Shown here: positions 13,810-26,659 of the stretch, in pieces
How positions within the stretch are numbered: position 1 is the first letter of the stretch
Layout of the letters: every line of letters starts with the position of its first letter
Assembly: GCF_009914755.1 (NCBI RefSeq)
Contig: NC_060929.1
Length of the DNA: 64,000 bases
Source of the DNA: the human T2T-CHM13v2.0 reference genome, Homo sapiens
Direction: 5' to 3' (one strand)
The notes under the pieces: model-generated
Seen by the model: only the letters and a program-made list of their open reading frames with translations
Databases searched by the model: none
Told to the model about the DNA's origin: nothing
Made by a program: the position numbers and the translations under genes

Positions 13810-13874
13810 TTAATTTGGTGCAATAGTAATTGCAGTTTTTGCTGTTAACTGTAATTACTTTTGCACCAACCTAA
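13810..13874. mobile_element. MADE1 (Hsmar1-derived MITE), internally deleted
   Basis: Inverted termini ttggtgcaatagtaattgcagtt / aactgtaattacttttgcaccaacctaa. Confidence 0.88.
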
Positions 13875-13930
13875 TAGATCAAACAGTGGTTTGTTTCTGG
13901 TGCATATAACAGAAGCATTTTATTTTTCAG

Positions 13931-14008
13931 GAGCCCTACATGGAAGGTGTCAATCCATTCATCAAAAGCAACAAACATCGTATGATCATGTTTTTAGATG
14001 AACTTGGG
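13931..14008 (+). CDS. RASA1: RASA1 exon 23 (EPYMEGVNPFIKSNKHRMIMFLDELG)
   Basis: tttcag / gtatgt, 78 nt. Confidence 0.97.
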
Positions 14009-15500
14009 GTATGTATATAGTTTTCAGGTACTTTTTTTAAGACTTCTAGTTGATATAGCTGAGTTAACCCATTTAAGCAGCAATCTTTAGAAAGATTTTC
14101 TATCCAAAACTAAAAAGACAAAAAGCCTGCAAATTTTTGTCTGCCTTCCTAAACAAAAAACATATTTTTGTTTGTAATTAAAACCATTTATTCTTACACT
14201 AAATAGTTTACACCAAAGCATACATTATTGTGGCTTTTAGACTACTTCCATCATTTTTTAGGGTCTGTCTTGCTTTTCATATCCTTTTAAAGCTATCACA
14301 TCTGACTGCCATGACATTCTGTTGCCTCCTTAGCTTTTTTACTTTGCTGCTACTATGTGGGGCGTGAAGCAAGACGATGACACAGTTCTGACCAGGTTAA
14401 ATAAGTAGACTGAAAAGTCTTCTTTTCTAGGAATAAAAGACGTGGATTCGGTGTTACACTTCATTCAGTGTGAATATCTGTGCCTCATTTGGGCCTTGTT
14501 AATAAAATAAATTGTGATTACAAAATTACGAATGAGGGTATTTTATAATTTCTAGGACCCTGCCTTTCTTAATCAAGTTAAATTTTCATGATTGAACAGA
14601 TTTTCAGGTACTGAGTCAGTTTTAAACTAAACTTATTAGTAATTCAGTTCATATACAGAGAAACCAGGAAGGTGCATGTACATGTGAATAGAGCCAGGTG
14701 TAAGGCATGGCATTAGGGAGTGCTAGGATTGGAGATTGAGGTGTCCATGTTCTGTCTTAATGTATTCAGATTCAGTTAAAAAGACCACCACAATTTGTGG
14801 CAAACAAATCAGGAATGCCGTTGAGTCACTAGTTTGCAACCTCAGGTATAAAAACTAGTGTATGAAAAATTATGGCATAGCTCCATATTTATAGTGAAAT
14901 TTATAGTGAAATGGACAAAAATGCTAAAAGTCCATCATGCTTCTATATGTGAACTGGGATATAGTTGGTCAATCATTGGAAAATATTTTTACTATAATGT
15001 TTAAGGAACTGTGTGAGAAGTTATGCCACACAATCTAAGATTTCATACTGCTTAGAATCCAAATATAATACTACCATATTTCTTCACCACCTGTATAATA
15101 AGCCAAATTTATTTTTGAAGACCCACCTCAATTATTATCTCCTTCAGGAAGCTTTTGCTGAACCCCAAACATGAATAAAATAACTTTTGTTTTACCTCCT
15201 AAGCATCCCCTGTGTATCTGTGATATATAATTCTGTGTTGCTATGATTACTTTATTCTAAAGTCCTTTCTACTGGAGTCAGTTCTCTGAAGGCAAATATG
15301 GAGTCTTTCATCGCTATAAACCTTTAATCACTGAATGTATTCTGAGTAACTGTGTTTCTCTGTCCCATAGATAACATTGTTTTGCAGTTTTTAGCAATGT
15401 AAAGCAAATACTGTCACCATTTTACTGGTAATCCAAGCCCTTGTTAAATGTTATTCCAAGGCTTAAAATAACACTGGCATTTAGTGTCGATAATAAAGTA

Positions 15501-15696
15501 CAGGTTGAGTATCCCTAATCTGAAATCTGAAATGCTAAAAAATCCAAAACTTGTTGAGCACCAACAGGAAATGCTATTTGGAAAATCTCCAATTTTGGAT
15601 TTTTGGATTGGGGATGCTCAACTGGCAAGTATACTGCAAATATTCCAAAATCCGAAACACTTCTGGTCTCAAGCATTTTGGGTGATATTCAACCTA
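15501..15696. mobile_element. Tigger4/MER46-type DNA transposon
   Basis: TA-caggttgagtatcc...tattcaaccta-TA inverted termini. Confidence 0.8.
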
Positions 15697-16218
15697 TACT
15701 ATAAACTTTCATTATAGTGACTAAGTTACTTTATGAACCTTATCTGAAAGTACCATAATTAACACTGATTATTCCCACACATTAGCAAGTATTCTGAGCA
15801 TAGTCCACAGATAATTGCAAACCTGACAGGTTCTCATTGCATTTTCATAGTGCAGTTCCTACTTATATGCATTATCAACTTAGACAAACTACAGGAGCTT
15901 AATAATGAAATTTCATCTAGGAATTTTAAGTTTAGGCTGCATTTAATCCAGATTAGCAGTTAACCTACACTATTTGGCATATGTTCTAGATTTTTTCAGA
16001 TACAAAGCTAATTGTTAGGAAGCCACACCCCCCACCCCTTATTTTTAGAATAGCAATAATATTGTACACATCTGTCATGCTACGGAAAAAAATGGAATCT
16101 GGCTTTCATGTGAATACAAAGGTTACAAAGTCTATATTTTACCATCATTAATACTGAATATTATATTTCAATAAGAATCTTTAGAATTTTAAGAGAAATT
16201 TGAGTATTAAAAAAATTA

Positions 16219-16468
<250 letters not shown>

Positions 16469-16497
16469 CTAAATGCAATTTTACGATTCCCTTAAAG

Positions 16498-16632
16498 AAT
16501 GTACCTGAACTTCCGGACACTACAGAGCATTCTAGAACGGACCTGTCCCGTGATTTAGCAGCATTGCATGAGATTTGCGTGGCTCATTCAGATGAACTTC
16601 GAACGCTCAGTAATGAGCGTGGTGCACAGCAG
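16498..16632 (+). CDS. RASA1: RASA1 exon 24 (NVPELPDTTEHSRTDLSRDLAALHEIC...RGAQQ)
   Basis: ttaaag / gtaggc, 135 nt; ORF track 16378..16677. Confidence 0.96.
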
Positions 16633-17904
16633 GTAGGCTTTCGCCAGCCTTCATTAACAATGATGTTTCAAAGATAACACTTAGAGAGTTAATAAATAGC
16701 TGAATTCTGGTTAACATTTTTATCTTGTTACATTAAATTTTTGAGACTCTGCATCATATTACAAAAGATCTCAGCAGACAGAAATAACGGGCCCCGACTA
16801 AAATGATGTACATTTAATACTGAAAAACATCAGGTTTTGCTCTTGAGTCTGAATGTTAATTCTACTGGAAAACAGTGTAATAACACTTTGGTAGCATGTG
16901 TGAAAATGGCTAGTTAGTAAGTCAATATTGATTTTATTTTTTTTTCTTTCAGTTTCTGTCTTGTCTTTTCTCTGTCACATACAGATATAGTGCATGGCCA
17001 AAGTGATTCTCAAACTGTGAAACAAATGATTATTATTTGGGATGTTTGTCAAATTTCACATCCAGAGGTTCTGAAGTGTGGCCTTGAAAGCTGCACGTCT
17101 AACAAACTCTTAGAGGAATTTATAGGTATTCCGATGCAAGTGAACCATGGCCTACACTTTGAGAAACAGTAGACTACATTGATAGACTTCTATCTGCCAT
17201 CTGCACCAAACAGATACAGATAAGGATGTATTCAAAGACCAGACCAGAATTTGAAGGGACTTAATACCAGGTCAATTAAGATATTGGAGATATAGAACAA
17301 AATGAGTTACACTTTGAATGTCCTCAGCTGACATAAGGGCTACTGAGAGGAAGTGACCACAGGGACAGTTTTGACTAGTTTCTAATGTAGTTTCAGGAGA
17401 TAGTGAATGCTGTCACCGCACTGGCTAACCATTTGGCAGGGATTTTGTAGAAGGGATTAAAGCATTGAGTTTGGTGACTGAGTTCTCTACAACCTGAGAT
17501 TCTAGAATCCTCAAGTCCTGTTTCTCCCCGCCCCTCCCCCCGCAGCTTTCAAAACTAATAATATGACTTGACTTGCCTTAGATATTAAATAAAAAAAGCC
17601 TTTTTTAAAAGAGAGATAAACTGCTTCTGACAACATGTGATAGTGTGATAGTTCTGGCCTAAAAAATAGGAGCATGCCAAACACAAACAAATTTCTGTTC
17701 ACTTTAGGGTATAAAAATTCTCTTAGTTATGACCAGAAATACTCAGCCAATGACTGAATAATAGAGACTTATGTTTTGAGGGGAATTGTGGTAATATTTT
17801 ATGCATCCTTTTGCTTTGATACAGTTTTTTTCAAATCCAGGTTCCCATCCTGAAATTGCTGACCGAGCTTTCATTTATTTTCATACCATTTTTCCTCTGT
17901 CTAG

Positions 17905-17988
17905 CACGTATTGAAAAAGCTTCTGGCTATAACAGAACTGCTTCAACAAAAACAAAACCAGTATACAAAAACCAATGATGTCAGGTAG
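17905..17988 (+). CDS. RASA1: RASA1 last exon coding part (HVLKKLLAITELLQQKQNQYTKTNDVR*)
   Basis: gtctag acceptor, TAG at 17986-17988; known p120GAP C-terminus. Confidence 0.97.
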   Translation, partial: HVLKKLLAITELLQQKQNQYTKTNDVR

Positions 17989-19020
17989 CAGCCTTCGCCC
18001 CAGTGTTCTGCATGGATTCAGCATGTCCAACATGGTAATTCACTTCAGTTTAATGTCTCCTTTGCTCTTGCCAAAAAATAGCACACTTTTCCACATTCCA
18101 GTGATGTGTGAGCTATGCAAACAAAATCCAAGATTCTGCTGGTGAATAACTATGCCAGCAACCTTGTAAGCTATCTGTGCAGGATATTTGCACTATTTCC
18201 ACATGGAATCAATCTTTAACAACCTCTGAGCCTTGGTGTACAGACCACCTTTCACAAAACGAAATGCTATGACTGTATCTTGATATCTCGAACTTTCAAA
18301 ATATATTTTCAGTACACCCAGTTGCCAAAGTTTTGCTGTCTCTTAGAGAAAGAACTATGAAATCAACTGACAAGAAACACATTCTTATTGACAATTGTGT
18401 ATAACTGGATTGCAGACTGTTCTTACTGTAACTACTTCCTGATTAGGAATATGACCATTTGACTGTTCAATGATTATTTGTATTTACAGTTTCCAGAGTT
18501 TGTCATTATAATAGGAACAATCTTTGCTGTATACTTTTAAAAAATACTCTGCTATTTCTCTTGCTGGAACTGTTGAAAGAAAATATATAGAATGATCTAT
18601 TGCTCATCAGCTTTATTTTTTAAACATACGACTTATTTTGTTGAAATTGTCAAAGACTGTATTTAGATCTCATAATGCTTTGTTAAATGTTTACAAGTAA
18701 ATAGTTTGAATTCAGTAAATATTATTGGTTGTTGTATTGATCAATGCATGTTACCCATTCAACCATTTTATAGACTACCAATTTCTTTTATGTTAACTAG
18801 AATGCTTTTGTTAAAAGTTATTTGTTCATTATTTGTGCTACCCCTTTGATTATGCAGACAACCTCATCAGCTGCCTAACTTATCCATCTTTGAACTTCTG
18901 ACTACTTGTTGTATCTGCTGGATATTTAGTTCAACTGTATAGTTTTATTTACTTCTGTATGTGTATTTTTGTGAAGTATTCACAAAGGTTAAGTTAAAAT
19001 AAAACCAAGGGATATCTTGC
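17989..19020 (+). other. RASA1: RASA1 3'UTR (~1 kb)
   Basis: Repeat-free AU-rich sequence after the stop, ending at AATAAA 18998-19003; cleavage site inferred. Confidence 0.8.
18998..19003 (+). terminator. RASA1: RASA1 polyadenylation signal AATAAA
   Basis: First AATAAA I found downstream of the stop; U-rich sequence follows. Confidence 0.8.
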
Positions 19021-20787
19021 ATAATTGATTACTTCTGTCTAAAAGAGCTAAGCATTTAATTTATTTATTTTCTTCCTCCTTCAGGGGCAGTTTAAACCTT
19101 AGCATCAGAGCAAGGCCCAGGGAGAAGCTGAAGCTTTAGATTAGTATTTTTGCTAATGGCCTCTTTTGAAAAGGATTTTATAAATGCAATAATTCCTTCC
19201 CTCTCATAATTGTGCAGGGCAGATAGATAGGACATATGGAACATACGTGGCAGAATGACATTGGTAATCAAAGTGAGTGAGACAGGAACCCAAGGAGGTG
19301 TTCCCACAGTAAGGAAAGCCCTAGATTCCAAGAGCAACACTTTATGCTATTCCTCTAATGTATAAAATACAGGAAAAAAAAATGCTAAGGGCTTAAAAGA
19401 TGTCTGCTTAGTAGTTCCAAGCTACAAAAGGCAGTTATTTCTATGGGGGCTGCTAACCTATGTGGCTTCAATCACCGTTTAACACTGATACCAAAAATCT
19501 CAACATGTCCCATGCTCCTTTTCCTTGAAATCAGCTCAATTCATTCCATTCTCTCCCTTCTTGGCTCTTTTATCAAATTACTCTCCTTTCCACCCCTTCT
19601 GTTTTTTAGCTGGACTTGGACCAACATAGTATCCCAGGTGGTCTCCTTCCTTGGTTACATGATAGAAGACAGGGAGGATATGGATTAGTCAAGATATTTT
19701 TGCTGTGCACTTTGGCTCCCATTTATCACACCTCAATCTTTAGCCATACTAACCTGTCATTCCTCAGTCTGAAATCCTTCTCCCTTTTATTTAAAATCAC
19801 AAACCTGACTTACCCTGCTTCTTATATTTTAACATCATTTGTCTCTCAAGTTGAAATGGAAACTTGTTACTTACCTTTGTAGGCCCTCTAGTAACTAGCT
19901 TGTCAGTGTTGAAATAAAATCTCTCACACTTTAACGTTTTTAATGGGGCTGGGTGGGAAAATTTTCAGTGATAAGTGTGGACCTTGCTCTGATGCCAAAG
20001 TTTGGCGATCTGAAAGGGAAAATGAGACAAATTGTGAACATCTTGTAATTCTGTCTAGAGCCTAGCAGCAATATATTTAACTAGGACTGCGATGGAGGAT
20101 TTATAACTTTTGGCTTCTTCCACTCTGCTTTTGTAAAAATCTCACATCACGAATTTTATTCCTTTCACTCTGGAATGAGAAAAAAAAAAAACCCACAAAA
20201 CTCAAGCCTACAGTGTAAAGAATTATTGTTAGAGAGATGAATATGCATATAGTAAGTATTGCCTTAAAATAGATGTAACTATAATGGTACCTACCTTTCT
20301 GGAAAGTACAGCCTGGGATGTACTGAGACTGAGGAGGTGTGTGTATTTGTGCAATTTAATTAGATTCAGGACACTTGAATTACTCGGAATTCCTTCAAGC
20401 CAGTTTTCCTGAAAAAAATCTGGCTTGGTAAACAGACGTCCACAGTTTGGTTCCAATTATAATAGTTAACACTTACTGAATACTAGTGTATGCAGGTACT
20501 ATTCTAATTAATCCTATGAAGAGTAGGCATTTTTATCTTCCCCATTTTCAGTGTGGGAAACTGGCACTTAGAGGTTTAATAACTTACCAAGGTCACATAG
20601 TGAAATACAGCTGGCCATGATTCATATGTAAGTAATTTGCTGTAATAGTCTGTGCTTTCATATTTTTATATTGACTCATTTCAATTTGAATTACATTTCT
20701 CTAACATATTTAATCTGCAAAATTCCTAGTAACTGTTATAATCTACTTACACGGATTCACTTATAGGATCTAATAGGTTAATTATAA

Positions 20788-20913
20788 GGCTGTGGTGATG
20801 TGTGCCTGTAGTCCCAATTACTCAGAAAACTGAGGCAGAGGATCACTAGAGCCTAGGAGTCTGAGACAGCCTGGGCAACATAGCAAGACCTTACATCAAA
20901 ACAAAATTAAAAA
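20788..20913 (+). mobile_element. FLAM/Alu monomer
   Basis: Single Alu arm with A-rich tail. Confidence 0.8.
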
Positions 20914-21392
20914 ACAACCACAACTGAATATACAATTTGCTGCTACCTACTTATCTATACTAGCGTAAGAGTTTGATGTAGACAGCTATTCAAAATCATA
21001 TATCTGGTTTTTTTTAAAAACCCATTTGGAAATGTTTTCGGGTAACTAAAGAAAAATAATATTCATTACCCAGACGACTGGCTTTCAGTACCATGTAACA
21101 GTTGAAATACCTTCTGCAGTTTAATAGTAATGGACAAATAGCTAAATATATCAGGATGGCATTCAAAAAGCCATTTATAAAGGTTTCTAGAGGGCAAAAC
21201 ACATTCCTTAACACTTTTAAAGCTGGCTACTAAGTTTTGTTTTTTGTGGTGCCTTTTTTAAAAAAAGCATAGGTTTGCCTATCATATTTTGCTTAAAAAA
21301 TTAGGCAAATGAGTTGCAGCTTTAATTTGATATTAGTCACGATGGAATAAGAATATTCAAAACAGGTGCTATTCTAGCTCTTTTGAAGATGG

Positions 21393-21398
21393 TTTATT
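21393..21398 (-). terminator. CCNH: CCNH proximal polyadenylation signal AATAAA
   Basis: tttatt on + strand, ~150 nt beyond the CCNH stop. Confidence 0.7.
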
Positions 21399-21550
21399 TT
21401 ACATAAAGTTACTGTGAAAGGGAAAGAAAACAATAGAAAAGTTTTAATATATTTTATGTTTTCACATTATACTTTTTAAATAAAGTTAAACGTTTGATAT
21501 GCTTCCTACTTCTCTTGATTAGTTAGCATTGAGAAATCAACTTCAAATGG

Positions 21551-21589
21551 TTAGAGAGATTCTACCAGGTCGTCATCAGTCCATTCTTC
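21551..21589 (-). CDS. CCNH: CCNH exon 9 coding (EEWTDDDLVESL*)
   Basis: AG acceptor (ct 21590-91), TAA stop; cyclin H C-terminus. Confidence 0.97.
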   Translation of the reverse strand, partial: EEWTDDDLVESL

Positions 21590-22148
21590 CTAAGAAGGAA
21601 AAAAAGTGTGGTAAGGATAACACTGAAGCATAACCAGTATTGTTTACCTCTTACCTCCCTTTAAGAAAATGTTCTCCTCCTTTTACCCATGTGGATTACA
21701 AAAGATAAACCAGGAAATTTTGTAATAGTTCACTGTTAGTAATGTTGGCATGGTCTCACCAGACTCCTCCAGTGAGGAATAAAGGTTATGGCTGTGACCT
21801 TTTGCCTCTGATTATTCACTTATTTGACTTGACAGATAGAAAATTTTTTTTAAAAGGGGGTAAGGGAAAAATCCTTGGAGAATAAGAAAAAAAGCAAAAA
21901 TGTAGTATGTATACATATTGCTTCTGCTTTCTATGAACACAGGAAGGATTCTTCATTAAATAAAGACAGAAGAGAGAAAAATCCCTTTAATAATGGACAA
22001 CAGTACTGTACGTAAGGAAGTATGCAAAAAATGAAAAAACCCACAACTCTATAATGCCTGTACTCTTGGAGAATAAATCTTAACAGTATAGTCACACCAG
22101 AATGTATAACAAAAATAACTTAGAGTTCATCTTTGGAGTAAAACATAC

Positions 22149-22209
22149 CTCCTCATGTTTGGATTTCTTTGAGACGTAATCATCATCTTCATAGCCTTTC
22201 CTCTTCTTC
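22149..22209 (-). CDS. CCNH: CCNH exon 8 ([20 protein letters not shown])
   Basis: AG / GTATG, 61 nt. Confidence 0.97.
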
Positions 22210-22696
22210 CTATAATTAAGCAACTATCAATAAGCAATCCAATACCAGCCACAGAAACTATAAAATGTAAAATAAACTAGCAAGGCTATAGGCAATATCA
22301 TGTATCTACTGAACAACAAGGCCAGGATAAATGGAAAAAGATAAACAGCTATGGGGTAGGGAAAATGATACTTTTACAATCAATCTTTAAATTAAATGCA
22401 ATTCTAATTAAAACCCTAATAAAATTTTTCATGGAATTGTCAAATCTAACACTGACCTAGGAAAGAGTGTGAAAAAATAGGAGCGAATATAAAAAAGAAC
22501 AGTGTTGGAGGACCTTGTCCCAGTTATCTTTAAAGCACACTACAAAAGCTACGGTAATTAAAAGTGAGATATTAAACAGATCAATGATCAGACTAGATAA
22601 GCAAAGTAATGACTATGCAGAAGGATGAATTTAATGTGTGATAAGAAGTGTTTCAAGTAACTAGGAAAACATGAAATAAAAAATGAGCTGGGACCT

Positions 22697-22985
22697 GCTG
22701 GGCACAGGGGCTCACAATTGTAATCCCAGCTCTTTAGGAGGCCGAGGCGTCAGATCGCCTGAGCCCAAGAGTTTGAGGCCAGCCTGAGCAATGTGGCGAA
22801 ACCTCGTCTCTACAAAAAAATTAAAAAATTAACCAATGTGGTTGAGCACCTGTAGTCCCAGCTGCTGAGAGGCTCAGGTAGGAAGATCACTTGAGCCCAG
22901 AAGGCAGAGGGTGCAGTGAGCCAAGATCAAGCCACTGCACTCCATCACACCTGGATGACAGAGAGAAGACTTTTTCTCAAAAAAG
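22697..22985 (+). mobile_element. Alu (J-like)
   Basis: Alu consensus similarity. Confidence 0.92.
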
Positions 22986-23084
22986 CGGGGTGTGGGAGCT
23001 GGGGCAAAAATTAGTATTTGGAAAAAAGTTGTGAAAAACAATAGAATATATCATATATAAATAATATATCATATATAAATAAGT

Positions 23085-23407
23085 ACAATCAGCCTTCTGT
23101 ATCCTGTGGGTTCCACATCTGTGGACTAAACCAACTGCGGATTGAAAATAAGGAAAAAAATTCTATCTGTACTGAACATGTACAGAATTTTTTCTTATTA
23201 TTCCCTCAAGAATACAGTATAACTATTTACATAACATTTACATTGTATTTAGGTATTATAAGTAATCTAGAGATGATTTAAAGTATATGGGAGGATGTGT
23301 ATAGGTTATATGCAAATACGCCATTTTGTATTAGGGCATCTGTGGATTGTGGTTATGAGCAGAAAGTCCTGAAACCAATCCCCCATGGATACTGAAGGAT
23401 GACTGTA
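23085..23407 (-). mobile_element. MER2 DNA transposon
   Basis: Homologous to the copy at 296-590; TA-flanked. Confidence 0.78.
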
Positions 23408-23444
23408 TATAGAATCTATAAAGCACTACAAACCACAAAAATGT

Positions 23445-23834
<390 letters not shown>

Positions 23835-24263
23835 TCAAGAAAATGCAAATTAAAATACCAATGTGATACTTTTTCACCCAGACTAGCAAAAGCTAAGCAT
23901 TGATAATCACCCATTGTACAATATGTATGAAAAATGCAAAGAAGAAAAAAACGCTGCTTATTTCATAAATATATGGATATACGTGCAGAGAAAAGGCTGG
24001 CAAAGGTAAACAACTGCTAAGTAACTTCTGAGGTCATGACAGATTTGGGTTTTGATCAAAGGGAACTTTGGTTTCACTTGTATTGACTGACAATGACAAA
24101 ACAGTTTTTGTGTCATGAAAACTAAAGGTAAAATAATTTTGAAGATCAAGGAAAACAAATATTTAGTCCTAAAGTAGCACTACTCATGGTAGCAAGTACC
24201 AGAGCTGGTCCATGAACAGTTTCCAGTTTGCAGTGAGTTAAGTACAGGAATTGTGTTTCATAA

Positions 24264-24564
24264 TTTTTTTTTTGTTTTTTTTTTTGAGACAGAGTCTTGC
24301 TCTGTTGCCCAGGCTGGAGTGCAATGGCGTGATCTTGGCTCACTGTGACCCCTCCAGGGTTCAAGCAGTTCTCCCTGCCTCAGTCTTACAAGTAGCTGGG
24401 ATTACAGGCACCCACCACCACGTCCAGCTGATTATTGTATTTTTAGTAGAGACGGGGTTTCGCCATGTTGGCCAGGCTGGTCTCGAACTCCCGACCTCAG
24501 GTGATCCGCCCGCCTTAGCCTCCCAAACTGCTGAGATTACAGGCATGAGCCACTGTGCCCGGCC
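24264..24564 (-). mobile_element. Alu (S-like)
   Basis: Full dimer. Confidence 0.95.
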
Positions 24565-24893
24565 CTAGAAATTTTTAATAGCAATTTGATATAATAATTT
24601 TATGACTGCTGAATCTAATAAAACTTGAGCTTATGTTTTTGTCTTCACTTTTCTAGTAATTCATTTTTTATTGAATTTTACAAAAGTATACATCTAGTGA
24701 TTTTTTTTTAAAAAAGTCCTTCGCAGTTTGAGAAGCACCCCTCAAGTACTCATAGATATTCAGAATTTGGCCCAGTACAAGGCAGATGGCAATCTGGAAT
24801 ACAATGTAAGCTATGGCAGTTAAGAATTTTGGATTATGGTCCATTCAGTTACTTAGCTAGAAAGGGTAGGATTAGTAGTTCAGTGGTCTAATC

Positions 24894-25113
24894 CAGGGGT
24901 GGATAAACTTTTTCTTTAAAGAGACAGTAAATATTTTCGGCCTTGCAGGCCCTATAACCAGTTTCTGTTGCAACTACCTAACTTTTCTGCTGTATCATGA
25001 AAATAGCCATAGGTGATATATAAACGAATAGGTGTGCTACATTCCAAGAAACTGTGTTCTAAAAACGCTAATGGGCTGGATATGCCTGGTAGGTAACAGT
25101 TTGCCAACCCCTG
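24894..25113. mobile_element. MER58A (hAT-Charlie) with perfect 8-bp TSD
   Basis: cagggg...cccctg termini; gtctaatc at 24886-24893 and 25114-25121. Confidence 0.88.
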
Positions 25114-25836
25114 GTCTAATCCCATTTCAAAATCAATGCAAAAAGGACATAATCAGTGCTGCAATACTTTTATTCATTAAAGTCAACATTACTTCTCTGT
25201 AACCACTCTGAAAAATTCCTGTTACCACTGAAACCGAGGAGTGAATGAAATCCACCAATTTCAAGTTCTATGCTAAAACATGCTTTGTCGTTATACCTAT
25301 AACTATAATAAAACAACCTCATATTCTGCACACTTCCTAAGTCCGTAGATATTCCCCAACTACAACTGTATAGGTAAGGAATTTGAGTCATGTGTATTTG
25401 ACATAAAGGCCTTGGAATTGCTGTTCTGGCTTTTCATAGTTATCCAGCAGCACATATTCACCAATTACAGAAATAATACCTCAAATACATCTTAAATATA
25501 AGATGCCACAGATAACTCCCATTAAATTTTAACAAATAAGGTATAACTTTAAGTAACAAAATGCATCCCACAGGAAATAGAAAATGGCAGTTTCATTAAT
25601 CCTAGTACCTGTCCAAATTCCCAACTGCTTAAACACCTAAAAAAGAAAGTTTCAGTGGATCTTTCAATTTGCAAAGCACAAATTGCCAATTTTATGGTGA
25701 TTTTCACATTCAGCTTACAAATCAATTAAGAGACATTAAAGGTGTTCTTATGGCTAGCCACAAGAAGAAATTACATGGCCTCTTTTCCTATTGGCTTTGT
25801 GGTCACTATAAAGTTTGTCACTGAAAGAAGTATGCC

Positions 25837-26118
<282 letters not shown>

Positions 26119-26497
26119 CTAGCTAACAGAAGTCTGGAAGAGCATATTTGTTCCTCAGACCAGATATCACAACTTCAAAGAGACAAAAGATTAAAAGGAC
26201 AGGAAAAGGTAAAAGGATTCCTTAGGAAGACCCTGACCCCTGAAATCCCATGAGAAGTAACAGAACAGGACAGGGCCTGCAAGCCAAAGAACATATGAGT
26301 CACAGCAGGATCAGAACTGCACAGTGAATGCCGAACTATTACCTTAATCTCATTAGAAATGTCCATTCAATAAAGAAAATCTGATTTTATGGATCAGTCA
26401 GCTTTCCTCTAATGAGCAAACACCAATAAAATGATTTACGAACCAGCTGGACTGGATAACAGTTATGTCTATTGATTAACACTGTCACATTAACTTA

Positions 26498-26659
<162 letters not shown>

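Noticed and set aside
16630-17999. Short similarity between the exon 24 donor region (caggtaggctttcgcc) and the stop region (caggtagcagccttcgcc)
   Set aside because: Too short and gapped to distinguish from chance.
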